DNA of 64,000 bases from Octopus bimaculoides (GCF_001194135.2 NC_068981.1:87395069-87459068); one strand, 5' to 3'. Shown: positions 48,641 through 61,190, counted from the stretch's first letter. Notes: a model not told the origin generated them from the letters alone. A program made the numbers and translations.

Positions 48641-51600
48641 ATAGACTACCCGTGACCTACTGGGTCACCAATAGTTCAAGGTACCCGAAAAAAATCGCAT
48701 ATCTCAGGAATCCATGGTCCGATTTACGCCTAATTCTGTTTGTATTCACATTTCAGGGGCACCTTACTTTCTGAGTATTTTCCCATTATGCACTGGTTTA
48801 GCTGTATTAAATTACAGACAAGCACACAAAACTATCCAGGTACCAGACTTCTGTGATTGTTGCGGCAGACTTTTTCCTAACACCAACCACTCAGCAGAGT
48901 GGACTTAGTGCTTTTTACGTGGCACAAGCACAGGCGAGGTGAGTAGTGCTTTTTATGTGGCACAAGCATAGGAAAGGTCAGTTTTGGCAAGGTTTTTACA
49001 GCTGGATGCCCTTCCGAACACCAATCACTTTACAGTGTGAACTGGATGCTTTTAAGTGGCACCTGCACTGACAGGGTCATCAAGTACTTGCAAGACATAA
49101 AAAAAAACTTTAAAAAGAGGAGGAGGCATTAGAGGAGGTGATGATGAAAAGGTTATAGTGAGACAGATACAGGTGTTTTGCTGTATAGGAAGTACAAGGT
49201 TACCCAGCCAGAGAGAGAAAGATCAGGAATGAAGACAGAAACAGGTGCGCTACCACAAAGAAAATACATGGTTGCTCAACCTAAGGGAAGTGCAGGAGAA
49301 GGAGAGAGAGAGAGGGGGAAACTGCAGGATGGTGATGGTGGCAAAATGCTGGGCATACTCACAAGGGGCGGGGGGTCAGAATATAAATGAGATGGTTGAG
49401 TAAAGGAAAAGAGAGATATAGAGATGGTGGCAAGTGCCAGGGCATACCCTCATGGTTCAAATGCAATAATATAAGTGGCAGGATATTGCAAAGGAAGTGT
49501 GATTAAAGAGTGCAAGTAAGTGGCAATAGACCTGGGTATAGAGTTGGAGGGGCTACCAGATAGCAATGATACAGAGGAATAGGGGTGTGAGGACAAGATT
49601 GGGGAGTAAGAGTTAGGCATAGTGTATGAAGAAGGAAATGTGAGAAAGAGATGTAAATCGGTTTGTTGGGGTAGGGTAAGGAAATAGTTTTCTTGTTATG
49701 TGTGGGTGGAACAACCAGGTCGGGAGCTAGCAGATAGCAATAATATAGTGAGACAGGGCATGTGGGTAGATCGCTCAGGTCGGGAACAAGCAGAGATCAA
49801 TGATACAGTGGCACAGGGCAAAGAGAACAGGATTGGGGAGAGGAAGGTAATCATAGTACATGAAGTGGAAATGTAAGGAAGAGAAGAGATGTAGTGATGT
49901 AGTTTGGTTTGTTGTGGTAGAGTATGTGAGAAGGTTTTTTGTTAAGTGTGGGTGGTACACACAGCGCTTCTGTACAAATATCCAGCCTGTCTCTTATACG
50001 AGAGAGAGAGAAAAAAAACAATGAGGATACACTTAAGTGAATCTAATACACTGTAAGTATAAACAAGTAAGTCTAACAAATTAAAAATATTTACCGCATC
50101 TTTGAGTGCATCAACAGCAGCTTCACCATACCGGTTCCTTAAACAAGGTCCACAAAACTTAAGTAAAAAAAAAAATTATTGAAATTATAAACGAGGAATA
50201 CATTTTACAGTTAGTTTATCTTTGAATCAATTAACAATTAGACACAATACACTAACTTCTAAAATGTATTCAATCCATAATGTAAAATATATTTAATCCA
50301 AAATATGTCTCACTCTTTAGCATTCAGATTACTCTGTCAAATATAATGCTTATTTATTTACATTGTTTTGAGTTAATCATGCATTATCTTGTAACTTTAT
50401 GATTTCAATGATGTGACTGTTTATTTTTAAAATGACATTCTAAGGTAGCATAAAACAGGTAGAATATTTGGGCCTGATATGGTCGGTTGAAATGCTAAAG
50501 GGTTAACTCATAATGTAAGAGTTGCAAAACCTCCAACTTACTTGACCACGAACACCAACACAGTTAGATGACCGGCAAATAGTCTTCATATCTGATGTCT
50601 TTTGCCGGCACTGATGGCATGTTGTACCCTAAAACAAAAAGAAAAAATGGGAACAGATTAAAATTTTGTATTACTAAGTAATCTCATCCAAGCCCATGAT
50701 TTCATTACTTTATTTAAGGAATAAACAAATATTCACATAGCCAAACATTAGATAAGTAATTGGTTTGATTGAGTTACTACAATGATCTATTTCTCTTTGC
50801 AACCCTATAAGCATAAATAACAGAATGAGCTGTCTACCACATTCCACCCAAAACAGATTTGTGAAACTGAACTGGTATTTACATGTGAGAGATACTAGCA
50901 GTACCCCAGTACGTAGAGAACCAAACTTTGATCCCTTATTTAAAATAAGACCCCTCATCGACTGCGTTAAAAATGCATATAAAACATTTTACAACCTAGA
51001 GACATACTTATCCGTCGGTGAGGGCATGGTGAGGTATAAAGGAAGGGTACGCTTCCAACAATATATGCCAGGAAGGCCCACGAAATGGGAGCTCAAAGTT
51101 TGGAAAATTTGTGAAGCAAATTTGCCTGTAAGGTGAGTGACAAGTTTTGATTTAATTTCTATTGTAAATTTTAGTTATATATGTTCCTGTGTATTCATGT
51201 ATGTGTGTGAGTATATTTCATTTAGTTAATGTATTTAATTTTCTAGTTTTCTTCAAAAACAAATTCCAGCATTTCATTTTATTTTACCTGTTCTTATGTG
51301 CATTAAATTCAACTGATAATCTAGTGATGTGCACAATTCTTCTATATTAAAATTTTGTTGCATACCCAATTGAATATTAGCTGATGATTCATTTTCTATG
51401 GTAATGCTTAAACAATTTTTTACATTTTGCTCAGTTTAACTGGATTTACTTGTAATTAGAGTCACTTTGAGACAAAAAATATGCAATACAATTAATAACC
51501 CTTTCTTCAATTATGTTCCAAATATCACATTAATATGTTGATATGGAAAAAAAGTTGCAGTTGTTTAATGAAACTAGTCTAAATTCATGATTATTTTAGA

Positions 51601-52105
51601 ATTTAATTGAAACTCATGAGGGGTGTATCTTGGTCAGAAATATAGTAACAAAAGGGTTAAAGAATCATTTGGTTTCATTAAGTCTTAAATTTAATAAAAT
51701 ATAAGTTAAAATTTAACCCTTTAGCATTCAGATTATTCTGTCAAATGTAATGCATATTTATTCACATTGTTTTGAAATAATAATGCGTTATCTGAAAACT
51801 TCAAGTGTTCATTGGGACAATTGCTTATTTGTAGAATAACATTGTAGGGTAGGTGTGAGAGGCCAGTTTTAATGTAAAACAAGTAGAAAATATGAGCTGG
51901 ATATGACCAGTTTAAATACTAAAGGGTTAAATTCTCCAAAATTTAACAGCATACTTATACTTACACATAAACTGTCGTATTTCTTTTGGCTAACATACTC
52001 AGCAACCAATTCTAAATCAGCTTCTGTTATTTCATCAGGGGATTTCACTTTTGGTGGAACTCGAGCCATTCTTCGATTGTCCAGAAGACATTGTTCACTT
52101 GAAAC
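42665..52105 (-). CDS. CDCA7: CDCA7/CDCA7L-like protein, C-terminal 146 aa including zf-4CXXC_R1 (5' exons not found)
   Basis: join(52105-51965,50628-50542,50157-50095,45696-45560,42677-42665) is all GT-AG and in phase. Encodes ..[80 protein letters not shown]. Confidence 0.95.
42786..43967 (+). mobile_element. HINE/DINE-like (Helitron/Helentron-associated) non-autonomous element
   Basis: The 5' end has GCAGAAATACCCGGCTTTGCCCGGG, a short subterminal palindrome. The 3' end has an (ACAG)n tract followed by TTTTATATATATAGAT. The centre is in an N gap. Confidence 0.65.
44790..45370 (-). mobile_element. hAT (SPIN/Charlie, GTF2IRD2-like) transposase C-terminal fragment
   Basis: [59 protein letters not shown] match the hAT dimerisation region. 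Confidence 0.85.
45560..45696 (-). CDS. CDCA7: CDCA7 exon (137 bp)
   Basis: TTTAACTAG|AACTGG...AAAAG|GTAGG; encodes [45 protein letters not shown]. Confidence 0.96.
46125..46370 (+). mobile_element. tRNA-derived SINE family D
   Basis: GGAGGCGCATGGCCTAGTGGTTAGG A box and GGTTTCGATT B box. Confidence 0.85.
50095..50157 (-). CDS. CDCA7: CDCA7 exon (63 bp)
   Basis: Poly-T..TTAAG|TTTTGT...GCG|GTAAA; encodes [21 protein letters not shown]. Confidence 0.96.
50313..50502. mobile_element. piggyBac-type MITE
   Basis: CTCTTTAGCATT...AATGCTAAAGGG|TTAA; same family as 51717-51926. Confidence 0.75.
50542..50628 (-). CDS. CDCA7: CDCA7 exon (87 bp)
   Basis: TTTTTGTTTTAG|GGTACA...CAA|GTAAG; encodes [29 protein letters not shown]. 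Confidence 0.96.
50825..51135 (+). mobile_element. piggyBac (PGBD4-like) transposase fragment
   Basis: [44 protein letters not shown]. The first catalytic Asp of SxDExM reads as Gly. Confidence 0.88.
51717..51926. mobile_element. piggyBac-type MITE with intact TTAA TSDs
   Basis: TTAA|CCCTTTAGCATT...AATACTAAAGGG|TTAA. Confidence 0.9.
51965..52105 (-). CDS. CDCA7: CDCA7 exon (141 bp)
   Basis: TGTTTGTAG|GTTTCA...TGT|GTAAG; encodes [47 protein letters not shown]. Confidence 0.92.
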
Positions 52106-53511
52106 CTACAAACAGCATAAAATATACAATTATATATAAATATGTCTATACAATATAAATAGGCATAGGAGTGGCTGTGTGGTAAGTAGCTTGCTTACGA
52201 ACCGCATGGTTCTGGGTTCAGTCCCACTGCGTGACGCCTTGGGCAAGTGTCTGCTACTATAGCTTCGGGCTGACCAAAGCCTTGTGAGTGGATTTGGTAG
52301 ACGGAAACTGAAAGAGGCCCGTCGTATNNNNNNNNNNNNNNNNNNNNNNNNNNNNNNNNNNNNNNNNNNNNNNNNNNNNNNNNNNNNNNNNNNNNNNNNN
52401 NNNNNNNNNNNNNNNNNNNNNNNNNNNNNNNNNNNNNNNNNNNNNNNNNNNNNNNNNNNNNNNNNNNNNNNNNNNNNNNNNNNNNNNNNNNNNNNNNNNN
52501 NNNNNNNNNNNNNNNNNNNNNNNNNNNNNNNNNNNNNNNNNNNNNNNNNNNNNNNNNNNNNNNNNNNNNNNNNNNNNNNNNNNNNNNNNNNNNNNNNNNN
52601 NNNNNNNNNNNNNNNNNNNNNNNNNNNNNNNNATTTGTGAGAAAAGGGAGGGGGGCTCTTTCCAAAAAATAGAAGCAGAAAAACAGGAAAAAAAAACCTA
52701 AAACGCAGTAAAAATGCACAAACGATTATAGTGGTGTCATGAAGTAAACGTGCTTCAGATACACTCCTGAGATTGAAATATATCATAAATAACAGTGACA
52801 AACAAAATATAGACTGCTAGAAATTGTTGTTGACAAACAACAGCAGTAATTTTATACGTCACTGATTGGTTGAAATTACTGAAATACGACAACTTTAACA
52901 CGAAATAACCTCGTAAATAGAAACAACACTAAGAGTAAAAGATGTTTTATATGACACATTCTACCAGTGTCCGAAGTTCGAAAGTGTTTAGTAACAAAAA
53001 ATTAATTTCCCGATCTGCTGATGAAAGTGAAAAGATCCTATAAGTGGACACATTTTTCACAGAAAACTGAAAACAAACAATCCTTATATGATGATACTCG
53101 TTTACAACCATCACATGATGTCAAGACAAAGATAAACATACACACACATAGAATGGGCTTCATTCAGTTTCTGCCTATCAAATTCAACCACAAGGCTTTG
53201 GTTGGCCCAGAGTTAAAATACAAGACATGCCCAGGGTACCATGCAATGGAACTGAACTCAAGACCACATGGTTGGGGCACAAGATTCCTGACCACAGTCA
53301 CATCTACTCCTATAGCATAATAATCATATCTGTACCACCCAAAATACTAACACAAACTGAACACACAAACATGTACATACATATTTTAATGACCACAAAC
53401 ACAACTTTATTGCCATGATTATAGTAATGATAAAATAAAAAAGAGAATATAAGTTTCACAGTACTATGTAAACAATTACTCACTGTATTATGAAGTGTGT
53501 ATGGTTTAAAC

Positions 53512-54217
53512 CAGTGTCTCTCAACCTTTTAACTCTTGTGTAACCCTTAAAATAAATTACATGTCTCAAGGAACCCCAGCACAAAAAAAAAAATATACTA
53601 TATCTTTCACATATTTTTTCATCATAGTTCACGTGGTAAATATCATATATATATATATATATATATANNNNNNNNNNNNNNNNNNNNNNNNNNNNNNNNN
53701 NNNNNNNNNNNNNNNNNNNNNNNNNNNNNNNNNNNNNNNNNNNNNNNNNNNNNNNNNNNNNNNNNNNNNNNNNNNNNNNNNNNNNNNNNNNNNNNNNNNN
53801 NNNNNNNNNNNNNNNNNNNNNNNNNNNNNNNNNNNNNNNNNNNNNNNNNNNNNNNNNNNNNNNNNNNNNNNNNNNNNNNNNNNNNNNNNNNNNNNNNNNN
53901 NNNNNNNNNNNNNNNNNNNNNNNNNNNNNNNNNNNNNNNNNNNNNNNNNNNNNNNNNNNNNNNNNNNNNNNNNNNNNNNNNNNNNNNNNNNNNNNNNNNN
54001 NNNNNNNNNNNNNNNNNNNNNNNNNNNNNNNNNNNNNNTATATATACTGGTTATATTTTTTTTATAGGTTAGATAGGATGATGTCTATATTACAATAACT
54101 AATAATATATTGTCCATGTATAATAATATTACGATCATGAAATTAGCATTAGCTTATCCCACTCTTTCTCACAAAACCCCTAGGAACCTTTTGTGGAACC
54201 CCAGTTAAGAAATGCTG
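53512..54217. mobile_element. hAT-type MITE (centre in gap)
   Basis: TIRs CAGTGTCTCTCAAC and (rc) CAGCATTTCTTAAC. 8-bp TSD GTTTAAAC / GTATAAAC. Confidence 0.75.
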
Positions 54218-55250
54218 GTATAAACAATGACAAAATAAGCCTTAGTCACTTGCAGGATAATTTTGTCTCATATTTCTTCAATTAAAATCAATTTTGCCTT
54301 TAATCTACGTGTGGATCTATTGCCTTGCTATATAAATATTATCGTATATGTTGACAGCTGCATACAGCTGTGCCAATCACTTAAAGTAGATAGAACTTGT
54401 AGAAGAGGGAGACTCAGGAAGACATGAGATGAAGTATTGAAGGCCAATCTCAAGAGACTGAGCTTTATGAAGATGACAAAGGACTGAGAACTCTGGTGTC
54501 CTGCTGTATTCAAGGCCCATTTGCCACAGCTGGCACCAAATAAAAAGCACCCAGTACACTCTGTGGAATGGTTGGCATTAGGAAGAGTATCAAGCTATAG
54601 AAGCCATGCCAGAACAGACAATGGGGCCTGATGCAGCCCTTAGCCTTGCCTGCACCAGTCAATGCCAACATGAAAAACAGACATTAAAATGATGATATAT
54701 ATATATATAGCCTATAAATTCTAAAATAGAAAAAAAAAAGGCTTACAGAATGTTCAGTATTTTGTGGAGAATCATAGAAAACACACAAAATGAAATTCAG
54801 TCTTTTATCTTTTATTTCTTATTTCTTTCAATCATTGGACAACAACCATCATGAAGGGTTTAAGTTGAACAAATCACCCCAGCATCTGTTTTGTTAAAGT
54901 CTGGTACTTAATCAATCTCTTTTGCCAGACTGCTAAGTAATGAGGACATAAACAAACCAACACAGGCTGTCAAGCAGTAGAGGAGAGAGGAGCAAAGATA
55001 GACACAAAGACACACAAATACACATACACACACAGGGTTTCACACAGTTTCTATACACCAAATTCACTCATAAGGTATTGGTCAGTTCAGAATTATAGAA
55101 AACTACTTCAAAGTGATGCACAGTAGGACTGAACCCAAAGCCACATGGTTGCAAAGCAAGCCTCTTAATGATATAGCCATGCCTAGCACCTAAATGATAT
55201 TAGAAGAAATGCTATGGTGTTAATTCTGTTTATGGAACAAATACAGAAGG

Positions 55251-55622
55251 CCCAGTGGTTAGGGCAGTGGACTCACAGTCATAGGATCGCGGTTTCGATT
55301 CCCAGACTGGGTGTTGTGAGTGTTTATTGAGTGAAAACACCTAAAGCTCCACAAGGCTCCGGCAGGGGATGGTGGTGAACCCTGCTGTACTCTTTCACCA
55401 CAACTTTCTCTCACTCTTACTTCCCGTTTCTGTTGTACCTGTATTTCAAAGGCCCAGCTTTGTCACACTGTGTCACGATGAATATCCCCGAGAACTACAT
55501 TAAGGGTACACGTGTCTCCGGAGTGCTCAGCCACTTGCAGGTTAATTTCACGAGCAGGCTGTTCCATTGATCGGATCAACTGGAACCCTCAACGTCGTAA
55601 GTGACAGAGTGCCAACAACAGA
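55251..55622 (+). mobile_element. SINE family A copy
   Basis: Similar to 3002-3672, with more substitutions. Confidence 0.9.
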
Positions 55623-56001
55623 AGGACAAGAGAAACAGGAAAGATGGTAGCTTATAACCATATAACCAGTGATTGACAATATGATGTGTGTGTGTGTGTG
55701 TGTGTGTGTGAAGGCGCATGGCTTAGTGGTTAGGGTGTTGCACACACAAATGCGAGATTGTGGGTTCGATTCCCAGACCAGGCGTTGTGTTCTTGAGCAA
55801 AGCACTTCATTTCAAATTGCTCTGTGATCATTTCATCATCTGACATGTGGCACATGGCGCACCTGTACAGGTAATGTCAATTTGATGGAGGGAGTGAGCT
55901 TGTGTGAACACAAACATTTGATCACAATAAACAAATCATGTGTGGTTGTTCAGCAAGAAACTGTAGAACCCTCATATGTCATCTAACGACAGAAGAGTCC
56001 A

Positions 56002-56054
<53 letters not shown>

Positions 56055-56427
56055 CACAGGCAGGGGTATGTGAGAAGCTTGTTTCCCAGCCACATAGTTT
56101 CAGGTTCAATCCCACTACGTAGCACCTTGGGCAAGTGTACTATAGCTTCAGGCCAACCAAAGCCTTATGAGTGGAACCGGTAGACAGAAACTGAAGGAAG
56201 CCTGTCATATATATGTATGCATATATCTATGTATGTTTTTGTGCTTGTCTCCCTCACCCACTGCTTGACAACTAATGCTGGTGTGTTTACATTCCTGTAA
56301 CTTAGCAGTCCAGGAAAAGTGACTGATAAAATAAGTAGTACTTTAAAAAATAATTAGTGGAGTTGATTCATTTGACTAAAAATTTTTCAAAGCTGAAACA
56401 AGTAAAGAATATATATATATATATATA

Positions 56428-56576
56428 CACCGAAGTAAGCACGTAAATGTGCAACAAGGTGGAAAAAAGAGTACTCAAATACCAGAGGTAGAGTAATATG
56501 CTTTATTTAAAAGCAGCAGAAATATAACAAAAGACTGTTACTTGGAATTTCACGTTCCCATTCATCGGACAGTTTT

Positions 56577-56580
<4 letters not shown>
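56428..56580 (-). mobile_element. about 150-bp Penelope pLTR-like mini element between two (TA)n tracts
   Basis: Non-repetitive island between (TA)n at 56409-56427 and 56580-56622. On the minus strand a hammerhead motif is followed by AATAAA. Confidence 0.65.
56534..56573 (-). ncRNA. minimal type I hammerhead ribozyme motif
   Basis: ACTGT-CCGATGA-ATG ggaa CGT-GAAA-TT cca AG-TA|ACAGT has a perfect 5-bp stem I, a U4C core variant and a GUA triplet. Confidence 0.7.
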
Positions 56581-56624
<44 letters not shown>

Positions 56625-57146
56625 CCAAGTCAATTATCGCTAAAAAGTTTAATTCATTAGCTCAAACAGGGTATTGTATATAGTATAAACATTAAGTACG
56701 AGCTTTCTTTTTCTTTTTTTTCTTAACTGTTAAACAACAAAAAAATATCCACAATTTGAATCATACCTCACCTGAAATGACAAATTTAGCACGAGTTCAA
56801 TATAAAAAGAAATATGAGAAGCCTGAACACCTGGTTATATAACTGTATGGAAGCCTATTAGAATCAAAACATTCATATGGTATTTCTTAAAAAGTCCATT
56901 TACATCTTTTGTTATAAATCCATCATATTAATCATATACAATAAATTTCAACACCTTTTAACTTTAATTTCTGCTTTGTTGGCTTATTTCTTCAGTCATG
57001 CTTTAAATCATATAGAGACGGGCAGAGAGATTAAACAACAGGCAGGAGATGAGAGCCTATAGTAGGCTTAGTGGTAGGCAATGAGTAAATGACCACCACA
57101 CACACACAGTGAGTGAGAAAGACTCATGGAGACAGAGTAAATGAGA

Positions 57147-58177
57147 GTAGCGTAGCGACAAATTCATAACAGCCGGCAATATGACAATGTCGTATTGCCG
57201 AGGAAATATGATTGTCATTTTTCCATTGGTTGAAATAACTGCTCATATTTGAATTCTGAGAATTAGTAAAAGAATATTTTTATGAAATTTCTATTCTTGA
57301 GAGTCAAGTTGAGCAATTATAAAAACCCTGGATTTTGGGGAAAACTTTCGTGTCTGTGGTTGTCTAAATTAATCTACGTCACTCAAATCCAGAGTAATGG
57401 TTGTTGCCATGAGAAATACTCTTTAAATGTCTGACACTGACACCTATTTTGGTTGTCGTGTTTCATTCATTAGTTACGCCTAAGAAATAGCTAGAAAAAT
57501 AATATATGTAATAATGTTTATAAATAAAATATATAAAATGAAAAAAAAGAACGTTACAGATTATTAAACAGAATTAAATATGTTAAACAGGTTGGGAAGA
57601 ATTGAAGAAAGATGAAATATCATTTTATATATTTTATTTATATACATTCCTAACGCGTTAGGAAGGGCATCCAGCTGTAGAAACTCTGCCAAATTAGATT
57701 GGAGCCTGGTGTTGCCATCCGGTTTCACCAGTCCTCAGTCAAATCGTCCAACCCATGCTAGCATGGAAAGCGGACGTTAAACGATGATGATGATGATGAT
57801 GATGATGATGATACATTATTACATATATTATTCTTCTAGCTAATTTTTGTTGGCTTAACTAATGAAACACGACAACCAAAATAGGTGTCAGACTTTTAAA
57901 GAGTATTTCTCATGGTAGTAACCATTACTCTGGATTTGAGTGACGTGGATTAATTTAGACAACCACAGACACTAAAGTTTTCCCCAAAATCCAGGGTTTT
58001 TATAACTGCTAAACTTGACTTTCAAGAATAGAAATTTCATAAAAATATTCTTTTACTAATTCTCGGAATTCAAATATGAGCAGTTATTTCAGCCAATGGG
58101 AAAACAACAACCATATCTCCTCGGCAATACAACATTACGTCATATTGCCAGCTGTTATGAATTTGTTGCCACGCTAC
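57147..58177. mobile_element. long-TIR fold-back element with nested SINE
   Basis: 57147-57540 is the reverse complement of 57621-57648 plus 57813-58177, roughly 90% identical by eye. Termini GTAGCGTAGCGACAAATTC and GAATTTGTTGCCACGCTAC. Confidence 0.92.
57649..57810 (+). mobile_element. 5'-truncated SINE/LINE-tail insertion with (GAT)n tail and 7-bp TSD
   Basis: ATACATT at 57642-57648 and 57811-57817. Related, more decayed copies near 54550, 58400, 62840 and 63260. Confidence 0.85.
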
Positions 58178-59919
58178 AAGAGGAATGTTTTAATTAGAAA
58201 ATTATTTATTTTATCATTTTCTATGAGCAGCAAGAAATTTGATAGATAATTATTCATGCTGGTCCCCATAAAAAGCACCTATACCAGTCCACATAAAAAG
58301 CATCCGTATAGGTCCACGTGAAACACATGTGCCAGTCCATGTGGAACACACCTGTGCCTAAGTACTCATGCTGGTGCCACGTAAAAAGCATCCAGCACAC
58401 ACTGTAAAATGGTTTGCATTAAGAAAGTCATCCAGCCATAGAAATGAAACCAAATTAAGCTTGAACTTGGTACAGCTCTCCAGCTTTCGTCAAACTATCC
58501 AACTCATGCCAACGTGGAAAATGGATGTCAAATGACGACGATGAAGACATATATATTTCTATGTTTCCTGATATCATCCATGGTGTCAAAGGTATACAGT
58601 ATTATCAATCACATGACAGATCATGCTCTAATCTTTACCCAATTAAGCTGAAATGGAAATATATTCCATTTTGGACACAGTAGAGAAATGCTGATAAAAG
58701 TTTGGTTTATTCTTTGAACAAGACAACCAAGAAAATTGAAAGTCTCATAAAACCATGTCAGTGAATAGCAAGCAATAAAGACTAAGACTGCTGCATACTA
58801 ATTGAATCTGCCATGAGAGTCACTACATAGTTGCTTGGCTTGATAGAAATAGCAGCAAAATTTCTTTTAAATCACACCCAAATGTCATAGAAATGAAGAC
58901 TATATTGGATGATGTTATCCCATCCCAGATATAGTATGTTGGAATAAAGGATATGATCACCAATGGAACACCTATCGTCGTAGGTCGGCTCAATCAGAGC
59001 AGGTTTAGCAGGCCAGTGCTTCCCAACCACATGGTTCCTGAATCAGTCCCACCACATGGCACCTTGGTCTAATGTCTTCTACTAAACCCCCAGGGCAACC
59101 AAAGCCTTGAGTGGATTTTGTAGACAGAAGCTGAAAGAAGCCTATCGTGTGTGTGTGTGTGTGTCTGTGTGTGTGTGTGTGAGGGAGAGCGCACATGCAG
59201 AAGTCTTTGTCACTCACCACTGCATCCCCATAACTTAGCGATTCAGTAAAAGAGACCAATACAATGAGCACTAGGCTTATAAATAAGTCCTGGAGACAAG
59301 ATAAAAGCTTAATCCCAGAGATTCTACCAAGATAGACTAAGTGTCATAAGATTTTTGGTCTACTGAATCACTCATCACATTCTGTTCTTCCATAATATTT
59401 ACACGGAAGACTGAATTTCGAACATTTTGCTGAGTACACACAGTAAAGGAAAAACAACACTCTAATCTATAACATCTGTAATGTGATGTAAGATTATACA
59501 GAGGTTCAAATTTATGAGAGCCATTACACCCATAAAGAAATGCGTATAAAATAATGAAGAGAGGAAATGTCATACTAGGACACATGCACTAACATACTAA
59601 TTTTCTCACTTTACATTTTACTCTTTTCAGTCATCAAACTGCGCCCATCCTGGGACACAACCGTGAAACGTTTAGCCAAACAAATTAACACCAGTACTGG
59701 TGTACTTTTCTTTCACGTTTAGCATTTATTCTACCAGGTTCTTTTGCCAAACTGTTATGGGAATGTAAACAAACCAATAGTTGTCAAGTGGCAAAGACAT
59801 ACGAATGCATGTGTGTGTGTGGTATGTGTATATATATATGCATATATATATATATATATATATACGTCTGTGTGTGTATATATGTATATNNNNNNNNNNN
59901 NNNNNNNNNNNNNNNNNNN

Positions 59920-59954
<35 letters not shown>

Positions 59955-60029
59955 TGTGTGTGTGTGTGTGTGTGTGTGCTGAGAAGAAATATTCCACGGT
60001 CATTGTTACACAGGAGGTAGCAGTTATGA

Positions 60030-61125
60030 GTGATAAGTCCATTCTGATTGGTATAGGATATGGGCACTACATGTTACCTCTGACAGTGGGAGGGACCCTC
60101 GTGTCCCACTGGTTAGTTACTGCCTACCTCAACCTGGGCAGCCCCTGGTTAATAAGGCATTGACCCGCCACAGGTCGCCTGCTTCATTGGATGCTTGGAG
60201 CTAAGAGTTTGACTTGAAAAACGACCTGCAACCTCTGCACCAGGCAAATAATCAAAAGACAAGAAACCACCAGTCCTGCGGTTAGCAAGCTGGAACGTCA
60301 GGACCATGTGCCCTGGCATATCTGATGACCTACTCAGGGTTGAAGACAAGAAAGCCAGCCGTCATTGACCGCGAACTAAAGAGACTCAGCACAGACATTG
60401 CTGGATTGCATGAGACAAGACTCCCCTCAAACGGTAAACTCAAAGAACAGGATTTCACCTTCTTTTGGCAGGGAAGAGATCCAGAGGAACCTCGTCAGCA
60501 TAGTGTTGGCTTTGTAGTGAGAAACTCATTACTCTCCTCAATAGAACCACCATCAGGAGGCACTGACCGTATTCTCTCTCTGCGCTTCTTGAGCTCTTCT
60601 GGCTCAGTACATCTACTGAGCATCTATGCTCCCACTCTCTACAGCTCAAGAGACCAAGGACCAGTTCTACAAAGATTTCAACTGTGTCATTAGAAACATA
60701 GCAATCAACAAAAACATCTACCTTCTTAGGAGATTTTAACGCTTGCATGGACTCTGACCATGACTCGTGGCCCATTTGTGTCGGACATTTTGGCATTGGC
60801 AACATGAATGAAAATGGTCAGGGACTGCTTGAATTTTGCACATACCATAACCTGTACGTCACCAACACATTCTTTGCCAACAAGCCATCCCACAAGGCAT
60901 CTTGGAGACATCCAAGATCTCACCACTGGCATCAGTTGAATCTCATCATCACATGAAAATCCTTTCTGAATTCTGTCCAACTGACCCGTAGTTACCACAG
61001 TGTGGATTATGACACAGATCATTCACTAATAAGAAGCAGGATGAGGATTCTGTCTAAAAAAGTCCATCACTCCAAGAAAATGGGCTGACCACACATTAAC
61101 ACTGTCAGAACCTCGGACCCTACAA
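60030..61125 (+). mobile_element. RTE-clade LINE 5' part, APE endonuclease (pseudogenised)
   Basis: LRLASWNVRTM, DIAGLHETRL, VGFVVR, SIYAPTL, DFNA, NENGQGLLEFC..TNTFF..WRHPRSHHWHQLNLII and TDHSLI. Frameshifts and stops; ends before RT. Confidence 0.92.
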
Positions 61126-61159
61126 TGTGAAAATTTTTTGCTGTTTCTATACGAATATA

Positions 61160-61190
<31 letters not shown>

